Shown: positions 44,201 through 56,411 of the stretch, one piece after another
Layout of the letters: each line of letters starts with the position of its first letter
Position numbering within the stretch: position 1 is the first letter of the stretch
Origin: Klebsormidium nitens
Taxonomy: Eukaryota > Plantae > Klebsormidiophyceae
Assembly: GCA_000708835.1 (NCBI GenBank)
Contig: DF237063.1
Location: forward strand, 100,875-164,874
Direction of reading: 5' to 3'
Length of the DNA stretch: 64,000 nucleotides
The notes under the pieces: generated by a model
What the model saw: only the letters and a program-made list of their open reading frames with translations
Databases searched by the model: none
Told to the model about the DNA's origin: nothing
Position numbers and translations under genes: made by a program

Positions 44201-47200
44201 GAACAGCTCGGACGCCAGTGACAAACATGTATTTCGAAGCAGTGAGAAGCCGACGAAGTCCGTCCGGAAAGTTTCATAATCTGCTTTCGCGCCGCGGGAA
44301 CGAGCTTTGCTTAGGTTTGGCATCCTTCTTACCAGATGAGACTCGGGAGAACATATGCTGCGCGAGATATAGATCAGAGGGTCTTCCTTGGTCGTCATTT
44401 GTTTGAGGTCGAAGATTCTTAGACCACCTTTTGCACCCATCGATTTGGGGTTCCTGGCCAGATTATCGAACGGGGATTCCCTTCTACCTTTCAAAGCTTC
44501 TCGACTTCGAAGGTTGCGGCGAGTTCTCTTTTGTTGACCTCAGGGGGAAAAACTTAATCTATGCAACGCTCTGCAGATTTAAGAGCAGCGGGCTCATATA
44601 CTTACCCGTCCGCTTCAGAGTAAAGACCCTTTTCCCACCTGAATCCTTCTTGCTTTCGAATGTCCGTCGGTCCCTTTCCCTTATCCTACCGGTTTGTGGA
44701 TAGAAACCGAGACCCCTTGCTCGATTGAATCTGTCTCAGCCTTCAATCTTCTTTAGTTCTTCCACCTCATCCGACCAAATCTTCTGCACCAGGCGGGAGG
44801 AGTGCGTCGGCAAAATAGTCCAGCTGTTCGCCCTCATCCCGGAGTTCGCCGCCTGGGTTTGCTACCGCCACAAACTGACAAATATCCGTCCCCTGAACGA
44901 AAGCCTCTCAGTTCTCAATCTCGTTCTATTCCTTCTCCTTATCCGACCAATCTTATCTGCCAGGCGAGAGGAGTTTGTCGGGAAGATGGCCCAGCTTTTT
45001 AGCCTCATGCTGGAATCCGCCCCCTGGGATCCTGCTACCGACCAGCTGGGGGCTATGTTCCAGAGGGCCAGGCTACCCCCAGTGCCGCTCGGGGGAGCGC
45101 CCCGGCCTTCAACAGCCGCCAAAGTTGGTAAGTTAACAGTAGCCCGCTCATTCTCGTACGACCGAACGGAGTTTGGGATGGGTAAGCGCCAGGTGGTAGG
45201 TTCTTGCGGTCGTGTCGTTGTCTTTGAAAGCTTGTATCCAAGTTTTTGAGCAATGGAAGTATCGGTTTTATGTCGAGTTAGTTATGGTCCAGACCTACTC
45301 AGATTATTGAGAAGGTTTTTGTATTCATTTGACAGGAACCGGCGTTGGTCTTGCTCACTGTCACCAATTGTAGGCTCCGCACCTTTCGTCCTGGTTTGAC
45401 AGCATGCCAAAAAAAGGGCTCTGGCATTCAATCCAGCTAAAGCAGGTCCTTTGCCGGACAGAAAGCCTCTCCGCAGCGTGCTGTTGGAAGGATACTTATT
45501 GCGCCTTTGATTGCAATCAACGCGCCGGAGGGCAAATTCTCGCTGTCGCACTCTTGGTGCGCGAGCCTGGCTATTCTTCGTTTAGTGTCATGACGGTATC
45601 ATAACATTCTCCACTTCTGTTCTTGAACTTCTCGCGGTGACACCTCAAATCCACAAACGCAGTCATGCCCCCACGCAATGAGTCGTGGAGATCGATTCCA
45701 TCTGCCGAGCACCACTTCCGTTGGCAGGGCCCAACAGCAAGGTTCGGCTGCCGCACAGTGGTTGTACCACATGATGCGAACCCGCCCGACGTTCCCAAGC
45801 AGGCATAGAGATCGGTGTTATGCACTGGGCTCGTTTACATCCGCAGGTCTGAACACCAAGGTCCGGTTGGCACACCCCGGGTCTGCCCGGTTGGTCGTCG
45901 TGGGCGACTCCACGGTGCTTTACCACATATTGCGGAACCCGTTAATGCGGAACCCGTTAATCCGACACAAGGAGTGGAGAGCAGGTCTACTCACAGTAAC
46001 ATTTTGAAATCGCAGGGCCCGACACCAAAGTTCGGCTGGCGCACCCCAGGTGTGCCCGGTTGGTCGTCGAGGGCGACTCTGCGGTGGTAAAACCAATCAA
46101 GTCCAAACTGCACCTAATGTCACCTTTTTAGACTCACAAACGCCGATCATGCTCACTCATGCTGCCGTAGAGCTTGTTTCCACTCACAGACCTCCACTCC
46201 CATTTGCAGGGCCCGACACCAAGGTTCGGCTGGCGCTCCCCGGGGTGTGCCCGAATGGTGAATCGAGGGCGACTCCCCGCCACAATGTACACGTGGTGCG
46301 CAACCCTTTGAACATTCTCGAGCAGGCGTAAAGATCGACTTTACTCACCGTAATCGTATCAAATCCGCAGGGCCTGACACCAAGGTTCGGCTGGCGCACC
46401 CCGGTTGCGCCCGGTTGGTCGTGGAGGGCGACTCTGCGGTGGTGTACCACATGATGCGCAACCCACGCGACCTGCACTGCGAGCGCCCCGCGGGGGCGGG
46501 CCACGGGGAGGGAGAACACGAACACGACGCGGCGGGGGGGTGCTGCGACGGGGACGAGAAGCCCCCCGGGGCGGCAGGTGAGGGGATGCATGAGCGAATG
46601 GATATTTGAGTGATCGAGTTGCTTGTGTGTCTGGAATAGTTGGATGTTGTGTTGGAAGATGTGGGCTGACTGCAAATGCTGTGCGAGGAAGTTGAGGGGG
46701 GAGGAGAGGAGGAGGGGGGAGAGGGAGGGGGAGGAAGGCGGGGGGTGGTTGGCGGGCGGAGGAACGGGTTGAGAGGTACGAACCAACATCAGGGGCGCTT
46801 CAAAATGCATTCCTTTGACTAATAATGTGACAGTGACAGAGGGAGCTCAGTGGACAACCCGTGTTTCCGTCCGTTCCAGGCACTCTGCTCCGTTATTGTT
46901 TTCGTCCGTTCCGCTCCAGGGTATCGTCCCTATCTCTATTTTGATGGGTTGGGTTCCTTCCCACTTTCTTTGGCGCATCCGCCTCTTTGGAGTGGTCTCC
47001 TGCTATACCAGTCGTTTTGTACCTCTGTCTTTTACTACTCACTTGAACTTAAGATCTGTCATCTTTTCCGGTCGACGAACCCATCCAGCATACAACCCCC
47101 TTTCCATCCGATGAAAGCTCAAAGCCTGCATTCCGATCTGCTCGTGTCTGATGTGCTCTGCCGATCGTTTCTTGCCTTGCTGTCATGGTGCTCCTAACAA

Positions 47201-47731
47201 CTTTTCCTACCAATCATGTGCTTCTTCGACGCCTTTGTCGCTTTCACTTATGCTTCTTCTGCTTTTGATATCCGGTCGTGAGCTTGATTTCATCCCGAAG
47301 TCGATCAACGTAGGTATGGGCTGAGCACCAAAAAGTAGAAAGTATTGACGCGGTAGAAATTGAGTATATCTGTCGACCACCGCTTGCTCCTCAGCATAAC
47401 AAAAATTAAAGTGCCTGGCCATTGTCACACGTGCCACGTCGTCAACGATCTGGAAAGAGGCTACCCAGAAAGAGACTTCCTCGTCTTTCAAGCTCCCTTA
47501 CATTGTTGAATCCACGTGGATGCAGAACTGGGCGCCGGAAAGGACGGGGAAGAGGAAGACGACGAGGACACGACTCTAGAATTTCCGGTCGAGTGGGCGC
47601 CGGGCCTGGAGCTTCTCTTACTGAGCTACCCGACAACCGTTCCCGTTTCGTCCGTTCCTTTGGACTCCGTCGATGAGTCCGTTGAGATGGTTAAGGAAAT
47701 GGTTGAGGCGGGCATCCTGGTAGTCCAATGA
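41210..47731 (+). CDS. RIOX1: Ribosomal oxygenase 1 / NO66 (JmjC, cupin-4 family), 6 exons
   Basis: Exons 41210-42037 (acidic N-terminus; [13 protein letters not shown]; [36 protein letters not shown]), 42992-43072 ([16 protein letters not shown]), 43618-43817 ([17 protein letters not shown]), 44964-45127, 46371-46577, 47526-47731. HxD...H iron-binding triad present; phases join. Confidence 0.95.
42150..42670 (+). repeat. Array of decayed copies of the RIOX1 exon 1 donor region
   Basis: aaggtggtgca...gcagcccc...gtgagg-like units at ~42155, ~42268, ~42370, ~42483 and ~42625 (unit about 110 bp), derived from gtcagcagccccaacttcttgcag|gtgagg. Confidence 0.75.
45720..46460 (+). repeat. Four decayed copies of the RIOX1 exon 5 acceptor junction
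   Basis: gcagggcc.gacaccaaggttcggctggcgcaccc... (true ~46367) recurs at ~46205, ~46012, ~45843 and ~45724. Confidence 0.92.
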
Positions 47732-49164
47732 GGGGTCCAACAACATGGTGTATGATTGGCATCTAAAAGGTGTTGGCATTTATCTGTAGCAAGGCAAAGA
47801 GGTACACGAAGCTTTTGGTCCTGCGGCAGGCGGACTGTGGTCAGGTATTGGTGCAAAGGAGAAGCTGATGGGTACATACGAAGTCCCGGGCCTCTTCCCG
47901 ACTGCGCTCAGTTCAAAGTGCGTCAATAGGTGTGTGTGTGAGAAGGAAATGGAGAGCGATTTGACTTGGTCAAGTCTTCTACGTTTCCAAACCCTCGTCC
48001 TAGAATTGAGCTTGTCTGTGAATGTTGCCATGCATGAGCTGGGCTTCACTTTATCTCCATTTTATCTACTCAACATATAGTTGGCATACGGCAAGTTGTT
48101 GGATAGTTTCCATGCATATACCATGTGATGCTACGGTAGTAGCCTGGAATGAGCTTGGAAATTTGAACTCATGACTAGGTCGGGCGTCCGGACCACCCAT
48201 TTGGACACGAACTTACAAGAGACAACTTTCAACTCGGCGTCGGGACTCGAGACCAGACGTCCCGTACTCGCAAATGCCGACAACTCCTCAGCGATCACCC
48301 TGCTCACACAGTGGACCACTTATAATCCGCAAAGAATCGCCAAGCTTTACAGTATAGGATCACAAGAGTTGAATGTGGAATCCTGCAATCTTGTATGAAA
48401 CACAATGGATCAAGATCGAACCTGTAGAAATCCTTCTTCAAGTTTGGGGGAAATAATTTTTTGCGAAAAATGTCGAACTGCCCCAGCTACAGCCTTCAGG
48501 CTACTAGGTGGCAGTGCCTAACAAGGCCCCCCGGAAAGCACGGAACCAATGAGATTGGCCTCAGGGAGATTCTCGAGAGGATCCGCTGAAGATGCAGCAC
48601 TGGGCAGCCTCAGAGCTGAGCTGTCTGCTGCTAGGGGGTAGCTGCATATGACGCGCATTGACGCCTTGCTTCAGAAACCTTAATTGATCATGATGTTCAT
48701 CTCTTCCGGTTCTGCCTTATACTAATAGATGGAGAGCTCGGACCTAGCTAGCATTTGAAGGTGGCCACAGGCAGCGGGCATGTGAGAACATCGAGAGCTC
48801 CCCCAAGTCCAAGTTGCTAAGCGAGAACTGGCCTAGTGAGCTCTCAAGCTGCAGAGTCATTGCTCTATAATGAGTCATTTGACAACGCCTTTGACTCGCA
48901 CTGCCACCCCAATGTCCTCAGGCTGTGAAATACAACTTTCGTTGGGATCATGCCCATTCAGCAGCAGCTTCCCTTGATAGCGCCAACTTCGCACTGATCT
49001 TCTGGGGGTAGTATTGGGCTCAATCAAATGCAAGGCGTCAGCTCTTGCTAATGCCTTTCAGCTGATCCAGCTCCAATTATGACAGCTGCGATGCCACAGG
49101 GCTGACTCCCTAGATTGATCAGCTGCTCAACAGCCTTGATTAGTTAGCGCAATCAGTCAGCGCA

Positions 49165-52100
49165 ATGGCGTTCAGGAACAAGGGTGGGCGCAAGGCATTG
49201 GAAGTTGAGCTTCAGGAGGTTGACAGTCTTCGGGAGCAGGTATCTAGATCTTGTAAAATGCGCCCCTGCTGATGTACAATTGAAGCGATGTCACCGCCGC
49301 GCACTCTTACAATTCTTGCCTTTGTGGGAGAGCTGGCGTTTCTTCATGTGTGGTGGCATGATGAAAGCATCGGAGGGACGATAGCCATATTTGAAAGCGG
49401 AATTGTCCGAGCAAGATTTCAATGGGAGTGAGGAGCGGGAGTGCTTGATTCAGTTGTGACTTTTTAAGCGAAGCTGAAGTGTGCAGATCTGTTTGGCCCT
49501 GGGCAGAAAAAACTTCGAGAATCTTGAGTGGCGTGGAGTGAATCCTGCTTCTGATGTTGCGTTGAACTCTTTCAAGGTGGTGGCATGGCTGATGTCTATA
49601 GCAAGCGGATCCGAAATGGAAAAACCCTGGGCCACAACACAACTGAGTATTGCCATGTTCTCAATTATCCGATTGGAACCACAAAGTACATCTCATCATT
49701 TTCAAGCTCTGTGGTCTTAGTCACCTGTGCATAAATTGTCACCTCACCTTCTGTTAGATCATCTTGGAGCTTTTCCAAACGCTTTCAACACCTGGTTCAA
49801 TCCCCATCACCATCTCTTATCATCAGCACTCATTGTTCTGCTCATGACTATGAGTGAATCTGCTGATGCAGGGCCATTGGTCCCGAGCCGTCACTGCTGC
49901 CCAGGCTCTGGTGGCATTCTCCAGTACTCTCCCCCAACTGATCCAAGGCGAGTCCAGCCTGCACGAAGGCAAACTGGACGAAGCTGAGCAGCTGTTGCGC
50001 GCTGCTCTCCAGGCGGAGCCCCAAAACCAAGTAAGTGGCGCTCTGCTGACGAAGAAGATGCATCAGGCGTTTTGCTGACGTGCGTGTTTGCAGCGTTAAA
50101 TTGACGGGGTCTCTTTGATGGGGTTTAGATACAGAGCTCTGAAGTCAGCAATCTCGAATCCAAGCAAAGGACGGGAGATACTTTCATGAGATCACTCAAT
50201 TGAGAGCAAGAGGGCTCTAGAGGTTGTACCTAACGTGGTGACACTTTGTGATTAGTCAGACCTGCTTGAAGTCGCTGGGACAAACCCCGTGACGAAGCTA
50301 CTTCTCAGCAGGTGATAAGTCCCCAAGCAACGCAGTCTCAGTTGACCAATCGTCGACTCCTTGCTTTTCAGGAGGCCTCTGCCCTTCTTGGCGAGACACT
50401 TTTCCGCAAGGGCGATGCCCAAGGTGCCCTCCCCTACCTCGAGTCCCTCGACATTTCCGCTCTCGGATCTCACATCCCACCCACACCCATACCCCTAGAG
50501 TCATCCACCCCCCGGCCTCGCGTCCGGCGGTCCAAAACCCCCGAACCCTCCGCCCCTTCAGACGTTTCCTCCTCGCACCGCGCCGCCGTGCTGACGTCAG
50601 CGCTCGTAACCCGCGCCAAGGCGCTGGACGGACTCGAGAGGCCCCGTGAGGCGGTCGACGTGCTGAAATCGCTGCTGGCCGCAGTGCCCTCGGTGTGGAA
50701 CAGGGCCTCCCGGAAAAGCGTGCAGAAGGCGGTGCTGCTGCTGGGGGACCTCTACTGCAAACTCGGGGAAGAGTCGCGCGCGGTGGAAGTGTACAGAGAG
50801 GTTCTTGCACGAGAACCGGGCGTGTTGAGTGGCCATACCGCTAGGGAGGTGAAGAAGAAGCTGGCGGGGCTGCTTTTGCAAGGGGGGGAGGGAGCGGTTT
50901 TGCAGCAGCATGGGGGGGCGACGCCGGCAGACGAGGCGATTAAGCTTCTGCTGCAAGTGCAAACGGAGGAGTGGGAGGCGGGCGTGCATGAGCAGCTGGT
51001 GGGAGCGCTCAACTCGACAGGTGGGGTCCCAAGTAGTGGATAACTTTCGAGTGTGACTGAATGACACGTCGTATCGCACAAACTTCGTCAGGAATTACCT
51101 TCCCGAAACCTACGAATGTGTCGATAAGGACCATATCGCTCAACGGCCTCAGCTGAGGGCCATTGCTTCGGCACGCGTTTGATTGACCGGTGACAGACGG
51201 AAGGGCAGTAACCAGGATCAACGCAAGGAAGACGCATGGCCCCGCCCGTACAACCCATTCGTGTATGCAATAGTGAAACAACTCAAGAATAGAGTTCCGC
51301 TCTGCAAAAATATCTTGCGCTTGCCGATGCTCGTGCACTGGTTCGAGTCTAAAGTCCTCAGCTTTTGTCTTTCCAGTTGCTTCACCAACATTCGACAACA
51401 TAAGCATTCCGTTCATTCCGTTCAAATCCAAAGTGCCACCGAACTCGCCCTAATGCAGGTAGATTTCCATTGTTTGATAAAGACTGCTTGAAGACGATAT
51501 GAATCGTATCTTGCAAAACAAGCTAAGAATTGGTCTTCAGGTGCGTCGCTTATCAACATGGTAGAACACCTTTTGAGGTTGTCTTGCTGACAGTATCCAC
51601 TTATAATCTCGCCAAGTTGGCCGCTTCCGTCTGAGGCGTTGACCCTCCTTTTGCTTGAAACACATTCTAAACATTGCTTCCAACGCAGGTCGCTTCGAGC
51701 TGCTCGCAGAGGTGCTGGAGTCCGTGAAACCCGGCGTGTTTACGCGCCCCGAGCGCTGGTATAATCTAGGGCTCGCACACCTGGCGGCCGGGAACGGGGA
51801 AAAGGCGCTGATGGTACTGCGTATGGCTGCCAAGGAGACGACCGGAAATGTCCCACTGCTAGTTGCCGCTGGTCGGGCATGCGCGATGACAGGTTGGTCT
51901 TGAGAACCAAAGTTCTTACTTCTGTATCTTTTACAATATTTTGTGAATATTTTGTGCACTGATAAGTGGGTCTCGGGGTCTGGATTATTCTTCTTAGTGA
52001 GGAAATTCTGAGGGATATACTTGACAGCGGCATTAATCATAATTGCTCGTGTCAATTAGGAGTGGCTTTGAAACGTCCAAGATTATAGCTCCTTCCTCAG

Positions 52101-54073
52101 TGTTGTTGAAAGACAGGCGTTCGTGCAGGGTCGGGTCGCATGGCGCCGATTTATTCAAGGGGGTTGTAAGTCAGCGTGATTCAACATCTTGTAACGTCAA
52201 AAAGCACTTGGAAAGCGATTCCACCAAATCACGCCGCCTTTGCGAGGTTGGTAGCGTCAAGACCGGAAGGGGTATTGATTACCAGAAGCAGAAACGAGGC
52301 ACAGGTCGGCAAACGCTCGAGAACTCCCGTCTTGCTGTGAACGGGCCAGACGTTTTGCGTACGTTGCAATTAGAACAGATTTGCGTCCAACAAGCCTCAC
52401 CCATGTGGGTCCCCTCGCAGGTTGCTCGGAGGAAGGAGTGCGGTATGCCGAAGAAGCGGTGCACTTCACTGAGGGCCAATCCTCCGACCTCCGGGGACAA
52501 GCGCTCCACGTGCTCGGGGTAAACCTCGGGCTGCAAGCGCGGTCTTCCCGGAGTGACGCCGAGCGGTCGGCGCTCCAGAACCGGGCAGTCGAGACGCTCA
52601 AAGACGCAGTCGCGGCCGCGCCCGGGGACTTTGCCCCGAGGTACGACCTGGCGGTACAGCTGGCGGAGGGGCGGAGGCTCCGCCCCGCGATGGAGCATAT
52701 CGCCGTCGCGCTGGAGGCATCCAACGGCGCGCATTGCGACAGCTGGCGGCTGCTCGCGCTGCTGCTGTCGGCGGAGCAGCGCTTTGCGGCCGCGGAGGAG
52801 GTTCTGGCCGCCGCTCTAGATGCCGCCCCCGGCGGGGGCCGCCGGGCCGCGCTGCTGAGGACGCTCGCGAGCGTGCAGCGCGCGGGGGGGAGCGAGAAGC
52901 AGGCGCTGGGGACTCTCGCCAAGGTTCTGGGACTGGTCAAGACAGGTGGGCCCGCGGCTGAGGCGGGGGTTCTGAGCGAGCTCGCGGAGGCGAACGTCGC
53001 GCTGAAGGAGTGGGAAAATGCGGAGGAGTTTGCGAAGCGGGCGAAGGCTTTAGAGCCGTACCATGCGGGGGCGTGGTATGTGACGGGGTTAGTGCTCGAG
53101 GCGCAGAGACGGTCCGAGGAAGCGATGGCGGCGTACGAGACTGCGGCGGTCGCGGATCCTGCGGACGTCCGGAGCTTGGTCCGGGTGAGGGTCTCGTACG
53201 CTCTCCGGTTGTCAGGTTGCGTACGCAAGATAAAAGGTGCTCGTACATTGGGTTCGTTACCCGGTTTTTCGAGGATTGGTACTCAGTCCGTCGCTTCTTC
53301 TTGGGGGAATTGTGGCATATTCTAGATGAAAAAGGGGCCGTCTCTCTGAGGAACCATCATGCCGACCTGCTCACCCGTTGTTGTCTTACGTCGGACTCCG
53401 CCCAAGTAAGGCGGAACTGCCGATATATATATATATGCGGAATTGCGGTTCTCTCGCCTGTTTTTGGAAGGGGACTGGGAGCAGCCTTTGCAATCCTTGA
53501 CTTTCGGCGCCATTTGTACTTCGGCTGGCTCAACGGCGATGCAACACCCGTCGCAGTTCCTGTCACTCAACGGCTGCTTCGTCGAGTGTCTTTTTCGCTA
53601 TGTGCCGCCGTCTAGCTAGCACTCTGCTCCTTCGTACCCCCAATCTCTTAAAGCACACTTAGGCGGTATCTGCTCTGCGAGCTTTCTTGCTCTTATGACG
53701 CGCTCAGCACCTCCTTTGCAAGCGTACACAGTTCAAGTAAAGAAACCCTTTCATATCTCACGAGGTGATCGACCACTTGGTGCCCGAAGAATACGCCGTC
53801 TGAGAATTGATTGTTTCTTGCCAGATCGCGTCCCTGTACCGCGAGTCTCCAGCCGCAGCCCCGGTCGTGAGGAGCCTCCTGAACCAGGCGCTCCAACAAG
53901 ACCCCATGAACCACGAGGCGTGGCACGGCCTCGGGCTGGTCCAAAAGGCGGACGGCTCGTTAAGCGAAGCTGCGGACAGCTTCCAAACTGCTATGGTGTT
54001 GCAGGCCACCGTTCCAGCGGCGCCCTTCTCGAGCCTGCCACGGGCGATCTTGTCCTTGCCGCCAAGATGCTGA
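49165..54073 (+). CDS. TTC7: TTC7/NPG1-NPGR-like TPR protein (putative PI4-kinase complex scaffold), 6 exons
   Basis: Exons 49165-49239 (MAFRNKGGRKALEVELQEVDSLREQ), 49872-50030 (GHWSRAV...EGKLDEAEQLLRAAL), 50372-51020, 51689-51892 (ERWYNLGL), 52421-53184 (YDLAVQLAE...SWRLLALLLSAEQRFAAAEEV), 53825-54073 (LNQALQQDPMNHEAWHGLGLVQKADG...FQTAMVLQATVPAAPF). The TPR layout matches recalled NPGR/TTC7 motifs. Confidence 0.8.
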
Positions 54074-55101
54074 TAACGGACATACTCAATTCAAACTCAG
54101 AGTATGACGTTAGTTCAAGTAGCGCTGTTATCCAACATTGGAGTGGAGTTTTGGTCGGAGAAGGTGACCTCCTTCGGTCTCCTGAATCAGTATGAACGTA
54201 AACCCTAGATACATGAGTTCAGCAGCCTCGAGCAGCCCTGCACACAACTGTCGTCCAGCTTGACGGCTCCAGTAAATCGATTGCAAGTCTTCTGTGAAGT
54301 GTGTCTGTGTGGGCCGCCGATCGATGAAGATTATCATACAAAAAATACCGTCAGTGCATGCCGCAAGTCGGCCTTGAGCTGGTCCGTCGGATGATATTGC
54401 ATGCAGCTATCATGATGAAGGTGATCACAGTGGCTGCCGCAATCTTAGTATGAGTTGCATGCGGGCATGCCAGTGCTATAGCATGCGAGTGCATGTCACG
54501 CATGGCGCGGCCCTTGGCAATATATTGGGTCCCATGCACGTCGATCTGTCAGTGTGGCATGCATGGCCCGGGCATAAGTGTACATGTGAATCTGCGCAGG
54601 ACCGTTATGCGCATATATGGACGGCTGTGGTCGGTTTTAGCAGTACGTGATGCACTATTTCAATCAATTCAGTCACATGCATGAATCGCGATGACAAGTT
54701 AAAAATGTACACGATTGCAATCAGCTGCTAAAATTAAAGGATGTAGTAGGCCGGTACAGTCGTGATGTTATCTGGCCGTTGAATTGCGGGCCAGATCATG
54801 AACATTGGGCCATCGAGTCAGGTCTGGCCTCGCGGCGGCCTATTTGTTTACAAATAGATCTCGTTACCTGCATGACTGGCAATCTGAACCAGACACTTAT
54901 AAAATGTCAGTGTAATAGGACTAGATATCTTTACCAGCCTCAAGCCATGCAATCGAGCTGTATAAAGACTTCGTGATTTGAGTCATGAACAAACCGGACT
55001 CATTGTCACGTTTGCTTTAAAGAAACTCTTCGAATGCTGGCGGGGGGTTGTTTCAGGCAACGGTCCCCGCTTTCATTCAGCTCCTTATCAGTTCTGATCT
55101 T

Positions 55102-56411
55102 TCATTTTACCTTTTTATCTTCTGCTGCTTGTTGCTTTGATCTTACTCGCAATTCTGCCCGTTTCACCTCTATGATCAGCTGTGTCAGGTTGTAGAGCGA
55201 GTTCACCTGCCACGCAAAGCAGGAACTTCCAGGATTAAGAAGGTGGCATCATAGAGAGAGTAATGGACCTTGCAGGGGCTGCCACTTCAATGGTAGGTTA
55301 GAAGGATCTGCCAACGTATGCCCAGAGTCTGACATAGTCATTACGATGTTGAACAATTGAGAGGACTTACCAGGAGAATCAGGGAGATCAGAATGAGAGG
55401 CCCTGAGAAAATAACCGAGATGAACACCCCCTGTGGATCGAAGTAGTGTTGCCGAGAGAACTGCTTCCAGTGCTTCCCAGCGAGCTTGTTGATTGTCTCC
55501 GCAAAGTAGATAGTCGCCACTGCACAAGCAAACGAATGAGGACCTAATGTTAGAAGAACTAAACCATATAGATCTTGCTTTGAAGAGCTGGAAAGGTACA
55601 ATATGATCATACATGTGTGCGGCATTCAATTAGCACTCTTGAAGGACCACTCAAACTCAATGCAGTTCGTGCACAACAAGCAAGGTGTTGCTAAAAGAAG
55701 GTGACTGTTTGCACATCAGGAGTCAATACCGAAATACAATGTAAAGAGCTTCACCCTGATGTGAGTAGTTAGAGTCAGCCTGTGGGTCAGCCTGTGAGTA
55801 GTGAGAGTCACCCTGATGGTGGTGATGATAGAAGATGTCTATGATCTTGACCACTTACATATTGTGAAGAAGAGAACAAACTGCAGGTTGTTTCGTCTCC
55901 GTGTGAAGATTGCGACGAAAAAGAGAAGCATGTGGGCGCAAATGAGGGCAAGAATCCATGGTTCCTGCAGGATCAGGGAATGTCAAATGAGAAGTAAGCC
56001 TTCTTCTAAGGTGAAGCATCAACACTCAAACTGCAAGGAGCAACCAAGGCAATGTGGACCAAGCAACCCCCTCGAAACATTTGGAAAACAAGCTGACTAC
56101 TCATGAAGATCAAAGTCAAAGCTCATGTCACCAGCAGAGATCCTTGCGGGACAAACTTGGATTGCACCACCGATTGCACCTGTCAATTCTGAAAAGGCGC
56201 TAGAAAACGGGAGTTGGATCCACCGATTCAAAATGCTGGACACTGCATCAAAGACTTGAATGGTACAAAGAGTGTGGCCCCTTACAGTCCAGTCAACCGC
56301 GTGCACGAAAGCGAGTATTGAGTCCTTGATGCTGCCTCCATCTGACATCTCTTGAAACTTCTTTCGAACTTCCCCCGTCACATGTTCCAGGATAGCTGTG
56401 ATCTCATCCAT
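55102..56411 (-). CDS. TMEM18: Transmembrane protein 18, 4 exons
   Basis: Exons 56411-56286 (...ILAFVHAVDWT), 55964-55859 (EPWILALICAH), 55519-55371 (YFAETINKLAGKHWKQFSRQHYFDPQGVFISVIFSGPL), 55206-55102 (basic C-terminal tail). Confidence 0.93.

Noticed and set aside
52257-53228. 323-aa minus-strand ORF (similarly 41492-41968, 50298-50810, 60350-61072, 22242-22802)
   Set aside because: Antisense shadows of GC-rich exons of identified genes.
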